Assembly: GCA_020137815.1 (NCBI GenBank)
Contig: CM035357.1
Coordinates: 4,402,001 to 4,466,000, forward strand
DNA length: 64,000 nt
Direction of reading: 5' to 3'
DNA from: Hormiphora californensis
Taxonomy: Eukaryota; Animalia; Ctenophora
The position numbers and the translations under genes are program-made. Below, piece after piece: positions 55,101 through 64,000 of this stretch. The number at the start of each line of letters is the position of its first letter. The first letter of the stretch is position 1. Under the pieces are notes generated by a model. That model searched no databases, had not been told where the DNA came from, and saw only the letters and a list, made by a program, of their open reading frames with translations.

Positions 55101-58100
55101 CGAGGTAAATTATTGAGGGGGGATATTAGCTGGAGAGAGCGAGGTAAATTATTGAGGGGGGGATACTTAGCTGGAGAGAGCGAGGTAAATTATTGAGGGG
55201 GGATATTAGCTGGAGAGAGCGAGGTAAATTATTGAGGGGGGATACTTGGCTGGAGAGAGCGAGGTAAATTATTGAGGGGGGGGATACTTGGCTGGAGAGA
55301 GCGAGGTAAATTATTGAGGGGGCATACTTGGCTGGAGAGAGCGAGGTAAATTATTGAGGGGGGATACTTAGCTGGAGAAAGCGAGGTAAATTATTGAGGG
55401 GGGATACTTGGCTGGAGAGAGCGAGGTAAATTATTGAGGGGGATACTTGGCTGGAGAAAGCGAGGTAAATTAGTGAGGGGGGGTACTTAGCTGGAGAGAG
55501 CGAGGTAAATTATTGAGGGGGGATACTTAGCTGGAGAGAGCGAGGTAAATTATTGAGGGGGGATACTTAGCTGGAGAGAGCGAGGTAAATTATTGAGGGG
55601 GGATACTTAGCTGGAGAGAGCGAGGTAAATTATTGAGGGGGGATACTTGGCTGGAGAGAGCGAGGTAAATTATTGAGGGGGGATACTTAGCTGGAGAGAG
55701 CGAGGTAAATTATTGAGGGGGGATACTTGGCTGGAGAGAGCGAGGTAAATTATTGAGGGGGATACTTGGCTGGAGAGAGCGAGGTAAATTATTGAGGGGG
55801 ATACTTGGCTGGAGAGAGCGAGGTAAATTATTGAGGGGGGATATTAGCTGGAGAAAGCGAGGTAAATTATTGAGGGGGGATACTTAGCTGGAGAGAGCGA
55901 GGTAAATTATTGAGGGGGGATACTTGGCTGGAGAGAGCGAGGTAAATTATTGAGGGGGGATACTTAGCTGGAGAGAGCGAGGTAAATTATTGAGGGGGGA
56001 TACTTGGCTGGAGAAAGCGAGGTAAATTATTGAGGGGGGATATTTAGCTGGAGAGAGCGAGGTAAATTATTGAGGGGGGATATTTAGCTGGAGAGAGCGA
56101 GGTAAATTCTTGAGGGGGGATACTTAGCTGGAGAGAGCGAGGTAAATTATTGAGGGGGGGATACTTAGCTGGAGAGAGCGAGGTAAATTAGTGAGGGGGG
56201 ATATTTGGCTGGAGAGAGCGAGGTAAATTATTGAGGGGGGATATTTGGCTGGAGAGAGCGAGGTAAATTATTGAGGGGGGATATTTAGCTGGAGAGAGCG
56301 AGGTAAATTCTTGAGGGGGGATACTTAGCTGGAGAGAGCGAGGTAAATTATTGAGGGGGGATACTTGGCTGGAGAGAGCGAGGTAAATTATTGAGGGGGG
56401 ATATTTGGCTGGAGAGAGCGAGGTAAATTAGTGAGGGGGGATACTTAGCTGGAGAGAGCGAGGTAAATTATTGAGGGGGGGATACTTGGCTGGAGAGAGC
56501 GAGGTAAATTATTGAGGGGGGATACTTGGCTGGAGAGAGCGAGGTAAATTATTGAGGGGGGATACTTAGCTGGAGAGAGCGAGGTAAATTATTGAGGGGG
56601 GATATTTGGCTGGAGAGAGCGAGGTAAATTATTGAGGGGGGATACTTAGCTGGAGAGAGCGAGGTAAATTATTGAGGGGGGATACTTGGCTGGAGAGAGC
56701 GAGGTAAATTATTGAGGGGGATACTTGGCTGGAGAGAGCGAGGTAAATTATTGAGGGGGGATACTTGGCTGGAGAGAGCGAGGTAAATTATTGAGGGGGA
56801 TACTTGGCTGGAGAGAGCGAGGTAAATTATTGAGGGGGATATTTAGCTGGAGAAAGCGAGGTAAATTATTGAGGGGGGATACTTGGCTGGAGAAAGCGAG
56901 GTAAATTATTGAGGGGGGATACTTGGCTGGAGAGAGCGAGGTAAATTATTGAGGGGGGATACTTAGCTGGAGAGAGCGAGGTAAATTATTGAGGGGGGAT
57001 ACTTGGCTGGAGAGAGCGAGGTAAATTATTGAGGGGGGATACTTGGCTGGAGAGAGCGAGGTAAATTATTGAGGGGGGATACTTAGCTGGAGAGAGCGAG
57101 GTAAATTATTGAGGGGGATACTAGCTGGAGAGAGCGAGGTAAATTATTGAGGGGGCATACTTGGCTGGAGAGAGCGAGGTAAATTATTGAGGGGGGATAT
57201 TTAGCTGGAGAGAGCGAGGTAAATTATTGAGGGGGGATACTTGGCTGGAGAGAGCGAGGTAAATTATTGAGGGGGGATATTTAGCTGGAGAGAGCGAGGT
57301 AAATTATTTCGGGGGGATACTTGGCTGGAGAGAGCGAGGTAAATTATTGAGGGGGCATACTTAGCTGGAGAGAGCGAGGTAAATTATTGAGGGGGGATAC
57401 TTAGCTGGAGAGAGCGAGGTAAATTATTGAGGGGGGATACTTAGCTGGAGAGAGCGAGGTAAATTATTGAGGGGGGATACTTAGCTGGAGAGAGCGAGGT
57501 AAATTATTGAGGGGGGATACTTAGCTGGAGAGAGCGAGGTAAATTATTGAGGGGGGATACTTAGCTGGAGAGAGCGAGGTAAATTATTGAGGGGGGATAA
57601 TGGAGAGAGCGAGGTAAATTATTGAGGGGGGATACTTAGCTGGAGAGAGCGAGGTAAATTATTGAGGGGGCATACTTGGCTGGAGAGAGCGAGGTAAATT
57701 ATTGAGGGGGGATATTTGGCTGGAGAGAGCGAGGTAAATTATTGAGGGGGGATATTTGGCTGGAGAGAGCGAGGTAAATTATTGAGGGAGGATACTTGGC
57801 TGGAGAGAGCGAGGTAAATTATTGAGGGGGGATATTTGGCTGGAGAGAGCGAGGTAAATTATTGAGGGGGGATACTAGCTGGAGAGAGCGAGGTAAATTA
57901 TTGAGGGGGGATATTTGGCTGGAGAGAGCGAGGTAAATTATTGAGGGGAGATATTTGGCTGGAGAGAGCGAGGTAAATTAGTGAGGGGGGATACTTGGCT
58001 GGAGAGAGCGAGGTAAATTATTGAGGGGGGATACTTAGCTGGAGAGAGCGAGGTAAATTATTGAGGGGGGATATATTTGGCTGGAGAGAGCGAGGTAAAT

Positions 58101-61100
58101 TATTGAGGGGGGATACTTAGCTGGAGAGAGCGAGGTAAATTATTGAGGGGGGATACTTGGCTGGAGAAAGCGAGGTAAATTAGTGAGGGGGCATATTTAG
58201 CTGGAGAGAGCGAGGTAAATTATTGAGAGGGGATACTTAGCTGGAGAGAGCGAGGTAAATTATTGAAAAGGCATACTTGGCTGGAGAGAGCGAGGTAAAT
58301 TATTGAGGGGGGATACTTAGCTGGAGAGAGCGAGGTAAATTATTGAGGGGGGATATTTAGCTGGAGAGAGCGAGGTAAATTATTGAGGGGGGATACTTAG
58401 CTGGAGAGAGCGAGGTAAATTATTGAGGGGGGATACTTGGCTGGAGAGAGCGAGGTAAATTATTGAGGGGGGGATACTTGGCTGGAGAAAGCGAGGTAAA
58501 TTATTGAGGGGGGATATTTGCTGGAGAGAGCGAGGTAAATTATTGAGGGGGGATATTTAGCTGGAGAGAGCGAGGTAAATTATTGAGGGGGGATACTTAG
58601 CTGGAGAGAGCGAGGTAAATTATTGAGGGGGGATACTTAGCTGGAGAGAGCGAGGTAAATTATTGAGGGGGGATACTTAGCTGGAGAGAGCGAGGTAAAT
58701 TATTGAGGGGGGATACTTGGCTGGAGAGAGCGAGGTAAATTATTGAGGGGGGATATTAGCTGGAGAAAGCGAGGTAAATTATTGAGGGGGGATATTTAGC
58801 TGGAGAGAGCGAGGTAAATTATTGAGGGGGGATACTTGGCTGGAGAGAGCGAGGTAAATTAGTGAGGGGGGATACTTAGCTGGAGAGAGCGAGGTAAATT
58901 AGTGAGGGGGGGTACTTAGCTGGAGAGAGCGAGGTAAATTATTGAGGGGGGATACTTGGCTGGAGAGAGCGAGGTAAATTATTGAGGGGGCATACTTGGC
59001 TGGAGAAAGCGAGGTAAATTATTGAGGGGGGATATTTGGCTGGAGAGAGCGAGGTAAATTATTGAGGGGGGATACTTAGCTGGAGAGAGCGAGGTAAATT
59101 ATTGAGGGGGATACTTGGCTGGAGAGAGCGAGGTAAATTATTGAGGGGGGATATTTAGCTGGAGAGAGCGAGGTAAATTATTGAGGGGGGATATTTAGCT
59201 GGAGAGAGCGAGGTAAATTATTGAGGGGGGATATTTGGCTGGAGAGAGCGAGGTAAATTATTGAGGGGGGATATATTTGGCTGGAGAGAGCGAGGTAAAT
59301 TATTGAGGGGGCATACTTAGCTGGAGAGAGCGAGGTAAATTATTGAGGGGGCATACTTAGCTGGAGAGAGCGAGGTAAATTATTGAGGGGGGATACTTAG
59401 CTGGAGAGAGCGAGGTAAATTATTGAGGGGGGATACTTGGCTGGAGAGAGCGAGGTAAATTATTGAGGGGGGATACTTGGCTGGAGAGAGCGAGGTAAAT
59501 TATTGAGGGGGGATATTTGGCTGGAGAGAGCGAGGTAAATTATTGAGGGGGGATATTTGGCTGGAGAGAGCGAGGTAAATTATTGAGGGGGGATATTTGG
59601 CTGGAGAAAGCGAGGTAAATTATTGAGGGGGGATATTTAGCTGGAGAGAGCGAGGTAAATTATTGAGGGGGGATATTTAGCTGGAGAGAGCGAGGTAAAT
59701 TATTGAGGGGGGATACTTAGCTGGAGAGAGCGAGGTAAATTATTGAGGGGGGATACTTGGCTGGAGAGAGCGAGGTAAATTATTGAGGGGGGATACTTGG
59801 CTGGAGAGAGCGAGGTAAATTATTGAGGGGGGATACTTAGCTGGAGAGAGCGAGGTAAATTATTGAGGGGGGATACTTAGCTGGAGAGAGCGAGGTAAAT
59901 TATTGAGGGGGGATACTTGGCTGGAGAGAGCGAGGTAAATTATTGAGGGGGGATACTTAGCTGGAGAGAGCGAGGTAAATTATTGAGGGGGGATACTTAG
60001 CTGGAGAGAGCGAGGTAAATTATTGAGGGGGGATATTTGGCTGGAGAGAGCGAGGTAAATTATTGAGGGGGCATACTTAGCTGGAGAGAGCGAGGTAAAT
60101 TATTGAGGGGGGATACTTGGCTGGAGAGAGCGAGGTAAATTATTGAGGGGGGATACTTAGCTGGAGAGAGCGAGGTAAATTATTGAGGGGGGATACTTGG
60201 CTGGAGAGAGCGAGGTAAATTATTGAGGGGGGATACTTAGCTGGAGAGAGCGAGGTAAATTATTGAGGGGGGATACCTAGCTGGAGAGAGCGAGGTAAAT
60301 TATTGAGGGGGCATACTTAGCTGGAGAAAGCGAGGTAAATTATTGAGGGGGGATACTTGGCTGGAGAGAGCGAGGTAAATTATTGAGGGGGGATACTTAG
60401 CTGGAGAGAGCGAGGTAAATTATTGAGGGGGGATATTAGCTGGAGAAAGCGAGGTAAGTTATTGAGGGGGGATACTTAGCTGGAGAGAGCGAGGTAAATT
60501 ATTGAGGGGGGATATTTAGCTGGAGAGAGCGAGGTAAATTATTGAGGGGGGATACTTGGCTGGAGAGAGCGAGGTAAATTATTGAGGGGGGATACTTAGC
60601 TGGAGAGAGCGAGGTAAATTATTGAGGGGGGATATTAGCTGGAGAAAGCGAGGTAAGTTATTGAGGGGGGATACTTAGCTGGAGAAAGCGAGGTAAATTA
60701 TTTGCGAAATCGCAAACTCGATCGAAATTTTTTCCTGAATCGCAAACTTGAGCGAGACATTATTTCTTTCTCTTCCAGGTGTGTTACAGCAGTGGTAGAA
60801 GGCACTATTTGGTTCTGTTTAACACTATGACGCAGATAAACGAGGACAACGGCACCCCTCGGGCTGTCATGAGAATACCAAAACCCGATCCCACCACCAC
60901 TGGTAATTGTGTTATATGCCCATATTTGGAAGTAAACATACCAATATTTGGTGATGTGTTCAAGTACAGTCGGACCCCGATTTAAGGACACCCTCGGGGG
61001 AAAGGCTCTTGTCCACTAAATCGGGGTGTCCACTAAATCGGGGTCAAATAAGGTTAATTTCATATATCGGGGGAAAAAAATCCTGTCCCTAAATCGGGGT

Positions 61101-63008
61101 GCCACTAAATCGGGGGCCCCTAAATCGGGGTCCGACTGTACATATCAAATAGATAACAAATTTCATAATAATAGAATATTATCTATTATTATGGAATTTG
61201 TTTCAATGTGGGACACAATTCCATAAATGGACATCTAAGCGAAAATTAACTGGTTAACACAATTCTTCCTTCATCAGCAAGTACCTCTACCACCTCTGAG
61301 ACACCCAAGTCGAGTGAGAGTGGAAAACACCCGGCCCTAAAAGAGACAGATCTCAGCTCCAGTCTCTCGCCCGCTGCCCTGTTCAAACCTTTTGGAGAGG
61401 AACAGGTGTCCAGTCTGATTGTGTGAGTTGGATCTGTGCGATTGGTGATGTTTACTTGGTATGGTTTCCGAATACCCTTAGTTCGCAATTTACCCCTCGG
61501 ATAATAATAATTAATTAGGATAATAATTAATCGATTAATTTATGTTTCTGTATCAGGTTGTGTACGACTATCCTGGGTCACGTACAAGATCCGGATGCGG
61601 TGGAGGCGATTCTCAGACTTCTTCTCCGCTTCACCAGGCACTACAAACACGCACAGCTTTTTGCAGAGAATAATGGGCTACATCACATAATGCAGCTGAA
61701 GGAGGTATAATACCATATATGGGCATAGATGACGTCATCAATTATTGACCCTATATGGATTTGCAGCTTCATCTATGGAATATCTGCTTGTTGCATAATG
61801 GCTACTCCCAACCCCCCCCCCCCTTAAGTTCCTCGTTACCATGCCAACCCCCCCCCCCACAGAGTTCATCGTTCACTGGATTCTCCTCCCTGATAATCCT
61901 CCTATTCCGGCACCTTCTCGAGGATGAGCGGACTCTCCACAGGACCATTGAAAGCACTGTCCTGGGATATCTTTCTGGGAATGTGTCAGAGGAGGGAGGC
62001 GAGAATAGGAGTTCTACTAACGCCAAGGTATTTAAAAAGTTGACAGATACAATTCAACAACAAAAGGATACGGTGTGATATTTTCGGGCTCTTTGTTGAA
62101 TTGTCAGGACAATGCTCTGACCACATTTCTCACGCGCTCCGCCAATGCTCTGACAGTTGTTGAATACACAACGCGGCCCCACGCTTACCCCTTTCTCTTC
62201 TCTCAGGAAATTCACAATCTGGTCCAGAAACTGTGTCCCATTGCGTCTCGTTCGGAAGAGACATTTGTGTCTGTGTGTCAGCGATTCCTCAGGTTTACTG
62301 TTCCTTCCAACTTGAAGACTCTACTGAAATCATGGGCTGAGATCAACGAAACTTCCATGGTCCTCAAGGTACTGTAATCTGTGTGTAAGATAGTAATTAT
62401 CGTTCTGCGAACAACTACAAAATGATGCTCCCAAATGATGTTCAATTCGGCCCTAAACCTCTACCGAGTACTAAATCCCAATTCGGCGCTAAACCTATTT
62501 CATCCACCTCTTGTACTAGATCCTTCTTCTCTTCCAGGAACCGTTCCCTATCCGCCAGAACACCTCAGAGAAAATCTCAGAATCAGCACCCCTCGGACCG
62601 CTCGCCGCTACCGCCATCAGCACAGTCCTCGGCCGGCTCACTGTCCTCCACTACACCAGCGAGGAGAGCCTTGGAATAACAACAGGTGACCCAACCTCAG
62701 ACAAAACAGCGCCCACAACCCAAACTGAAGAAGATGCAGCATCAGATAGCACCACGCCACGTGCACCTAAGAAACGGAGGAAGACTGGTCCGAGCGAGGG
62801 TAATAAGAAACCAGCCACAACTCCAACGACAACCACGGTAGCTGTTGCAACACCGGGTACTACTGCCCCGGCTGCACCGGTACCACCAGTTAGGAAGTAC
62901 CTCGTTAAGAAGAGTGGGATCCTGAGGATGTTGTCTGAGGCGGTGAAAAGTTATCCTGAGGTAGCAGAGTTCATTATCGATCAGAAAGTGGTCAACAAAA
63001 ACGGAGAG
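33195..63008 (+). CDS. HUWE1: HECT E3 ubiquitin ligase HUWE1, 5' portion (~40 exons: ARM-like DUF908/DUF913, UBA, UIM, WWE); continues beyond the window
   Basis: [10 protein letters not shown]../[33 protein letters not shown]; [33 protein letters not shown]; [16 protein letters not shown]; [16 protein letters not shown]; [35 protein letters not shown]; [18 protein letters not shown] (51617); [17 protein letters not shown]; WWE split across 54233-54340 and 60779-60902. Confidence 0.95.
39882..43151 (-). CDS. Intronless rhodopsin-class GPCR with a large Cys-rich ectodomain containing LDLa repeats, nested antisense in a HUWE1 intron
   Basis: Signal peptide [14 protein letters not shown] (ATG 43151); LDLa motifs [40 protein letters not shown] and [12 protein letters not shown]; 7TM with CGDLL, C...W.SG.TC...[10 protein letters not shown] and [12 protein letters not shown] (RXFP/GRL101-like). 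No LRRs seen. Confidence 0.9.
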   Translation of the reverse strand: MSLLLLCLVTLVDCGTTVVSQSTTPTAVPSNSAAGGVQHTPTAAGTGRECHISTSSINEDFLVRKCANIIRKLKGIKNDSIRMSCIGSTTVTYDITQTFDLYARTLKTFVNRLCPNDPAQYQACGESGYKPTGKRELFRTPPACGVLCFDPEVHLYRLHESLQECPSSRVQVQYTISTVDGGEVDVWMKDGALCNGVCDDIKIQRPGQDGRSKADFLLCADERDCNGYRYGGVVQTEGEYFFEPFNRVTPATAANDTCNYIAIFDELMFPLNNGSRCFIPLPSVDHIISHVLISSLSYCTFSLDQTNCTDPTKVAGSCLVNGYPTTVSIYVLCPIYESSHVCDDRIETKCTTINRQCTIQKHLLCNSRADCAEEADEKRELCSKLTKQTCVRSFSQNEGLLPIPVEWIQDGVVDCLDGQDERKEWETCGEGPRKRVKYLPHECSDVFLCKDDRARFLELGFLCSFPNKCDEGVCNARKDGAVVSRKLISWQTPNGQTLKSGICTKGLEHLLRLRGQTCRSTIFSHPFHTFFGRNFTTELVLLSEKQDCRYLYGEEFVYYSCSGLCFNAECPLERPVHQNACPNLRHTIFSLNLELNSLTVAKKSQDKYHNNFFVCKNTNCILFEKVCDLVDDCGDRSDEEKCINNFQCSDSSGILTVDQQCDGKIDCADLSDECNDECRRKVVMNDGVLVISTIMGVVGALLSLASAYKAFWEIRESKKSGKYVNNVMVLAISCGDLLTSIYLLTLTSIHWTKGSQFCERQIEWMSGRTCEVIGVFNTTGGTISSLVMALISCFRLQGTLQALRYRRSEEVTMKLKIKLVLLLGGVLFFAVGVAVLPLIDGLDDWFVNGLIYQDIPLFLGAMGKKRLSDIVRVYHGNHKASESAGTSVSWNVLQNMVSEMFSHDYNGSTSGTKLSFYGNDPVCMFKAFVLPDDPQAGYVWLYLSFHLLCFVVVAICHMLIAILSNKNRVQNSNSSSTLGRKVTLICITDFCCWMPFLICCVLHTAEVVDMSSWYQIFSLNILPLNSVLNPLLYSNIIAETTGKLLKMPKLRAPSNTKQVQQDLVVEGPATSNTEQVQQEGPAEIAETSN
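43316..43583 (+). mobile_element. DINE-1/HINE-like non-autonomous Helentron
   Basis: Subterminal inverted motif actgcacccc / cgggtacagt, internal (ctgt)n tract and T-rich flanks. A related 3' end lies at 39040-39087. Confidence 0.5.
43729..44593 (-). pseudogene. Secreted protein with two divergent SRCR-like domains, frameshifted (pseudogene or assembly indels), nested in a HUWE1 intron
   Basis: Signal peptide [15 protein letters not shown]; W.PVCGD....[10 protein letters not shown] and GYFC....[11 protein letters not shown]. The frame breaks at ~44230-44370. AATAAA-like site at ~43681. Confidence 0.5.
45066..45173. mobile_element. hAT-like MITE (same family as 13988-14096) with 8-bp TSD
   Basis: gtaaaaac|CAGGAACC...GGTTCCTG|gtaaaaat. 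Confidence 0.8.
46306..47011 (-). pseudogene. Secreted single-domain protein gene, frameshifted, nested antisense in a HUWE1 intron
   Basis: Signal-peptide exon [19 protein letters not shown], then W.AV....[16 protein letters not shown]...VRV..Y..G.V.L.F....QY.IGWC and, after a frameshift, KIWRI..L.I.CN.VEVL..F..C..V..I.F..DTASDFY. Resembles a domain I recall as highly expanded in ctenophores. Confidence 0.5.
50706..50829. repeat. ~60-bp-arm hairpin/palindrome in a HUWE1 intron
   Basis: tacaaatacaaacacgagtgtttt...gcggtagatc tgat gatctaccgc...aaaacactcgtgtttgtatttgta. Confidence 0.85.
51890..52897. repeat. ~41-bp acceptor-containing minisatellite interrupted by a MITE
   Basis: ctcacctaccccctatcgcagccaagtccccatttctaata is repeated on both sides of the MITE. 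The last copy supplies the real acceptor (tcgcag|CCAAGTTCG). Confidence 0.85.
51997..52753. mobile_element. pogo/Tc1-mariner-like MITE
   Basis: TA|cagtcggaccccgatttaccggg...cccggtaaatcggggtccgactg|TA. Confidence 0.85.
54319..60700 (+). repeat. ~6.4-kb array of a 40-bp unit (~160 copies) made of the last 22 nt of a HUWE1 exon plus its 5' splice site
   Basis: Unit atacttagctggagagagcgag|gtaaattattgagggggg. The first copy is the coding exon end (YLAGESE). Confidence 0.95.
60967..61138. mobile_element. pogo/Tc1-mariner-like MITE (same TIR family)
   Basis: TA|cagtcggaccccgattta...taaatcggggtccgactg|TA. Confidence 0.85.
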
Positions 63009-63304
63009 GTTAGTTTTGATTAATTAATTATGGAAAGGTCAGTTACAGGGAATTAAACTTTATAAACGCTATTATATTCCAATCGTGGAAACAATATATG
63101 GATTGAAAGCCACTGTGCGCCAAATGTGCTACCCCTTGTGTTTGTCAGTGTAGACCAGTCATATGATGCATGATAGGGAACATAATTGATCTAAATGTGA
63201 TTCCACTTCTAGGGCACTCCAATAGGTCCCTAGAACCACCAAAAAGATTTGTCACTCTTCATCAAATGAATAAATGTGGTTTTTGGGCCACGCCCTTATA
63301 CCTG

Positions 63305-64000
63305 TATTTTCAGTCATGTGGTCAAAACTGAAAACCATCTTAGGAGACGAGTAGAGAAGAAATCAAGGGCACTAAAGTGTGTAGCGTCCTCGCATTAGTG
63401 GGGATAGGTGCCGGAATTAAGTCTCTATCTCATCTGGTTAATTAGATAATTGGATAATTAGGTATGCGCATAACCGTTTTTTGGCTATATGGCTATAGCC
63501 ACTTATAAATGGTTTAGAGACTTTTCACTGGTGCCATTTTGTAGGCAATGGCCAAGTTATGGGGGGTCGACGTCGGACTTTTAAGCTCTATCTTCAACCG
63601 TTTAGCCGTTATTTGGCTTTTAAGATGCTGAAAATGAGCAAAAAACGGGGAAAAGCCCGATTTTTACTCATTTTCAGCACCTTTGAATCGAAATAACGGC
63701 TAAATGGTTGGAGATAGAGCTTAAAAGTCCGACGTCGACCCCCCATAACTTGGCCATTGCCTACAAAATGGCACCAGTGAAAAGTCTCTAAACCATTTAT
63801 AAGTGGCTATAGCCATATAGCCAAAAAACGGTTATGTGCATACCTAATTATCCAATTATCTAATTAACCAGATGAGATAGAGACTTAATTCCGGCACCTA
63901 TCCCCACTAATGCGAGGACGCTACACACTTTAGTGCCCTTGATTTCTTCTCTACTCGTCTCCTAAGATGGTTTTCAGTTTTGACCACATGACTGAAAATA
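63305..64000. mobile_element. Long near-perfect palindromic element, truncated by the window end
   Basis: tattttcagtcatgtggtc... at 63305 is the reverse complement of the window end; centre ~63652. Confidence 0.8.

Noticed and set aside
54319-60700. CRISPR-like array
   Set aside because: Units are head-to-tail with no unique spacers, the context is a eukaryotic intron, and there are no cas genes.

Overview
Intron-rich animal genomic DNA. It is probably a ctenophore, an inference from gene-family signatures recalled from memory. The left half carries seven co-oriented minus-strand genes. In transcription order they are ZCCHC7/Air-like, PSMG4, SF3A2, TTC38, LSM8, NUPR1/p8 and a five-qRRM hnRNP F/H/RBM12-family gene. 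LSM8, NUPR1 and PSMG4 were reconstructed by hand from GT-AG exons and are largely missed by the ORF track. The last six genes lie only ~340-480 bp apart, and each has a splice-acceptor-like site 0-15 nt before its first ATG, which suggests an operon resolved by spliced-leader (SL) trans-splicing. The right half is the 5' part of HUWE1 (+ strand, 33195 to beyond the window). Its introns host three antisense nested genes: an intronless LDLa-GPCR, an SRCR-like secreted gene and a secreted single-domain gene. One HUWE1 intron contains a ~6.4-kb array of ~160 copies of its own exon end plus 5' splice site. Tandem duplications anchored on splice junctions recur throughout the window. Also present are many MITEs and palindromes, an ORF1-only LINE-like element, and one segment that looks like a systematic A-to-C base-calling artefact.
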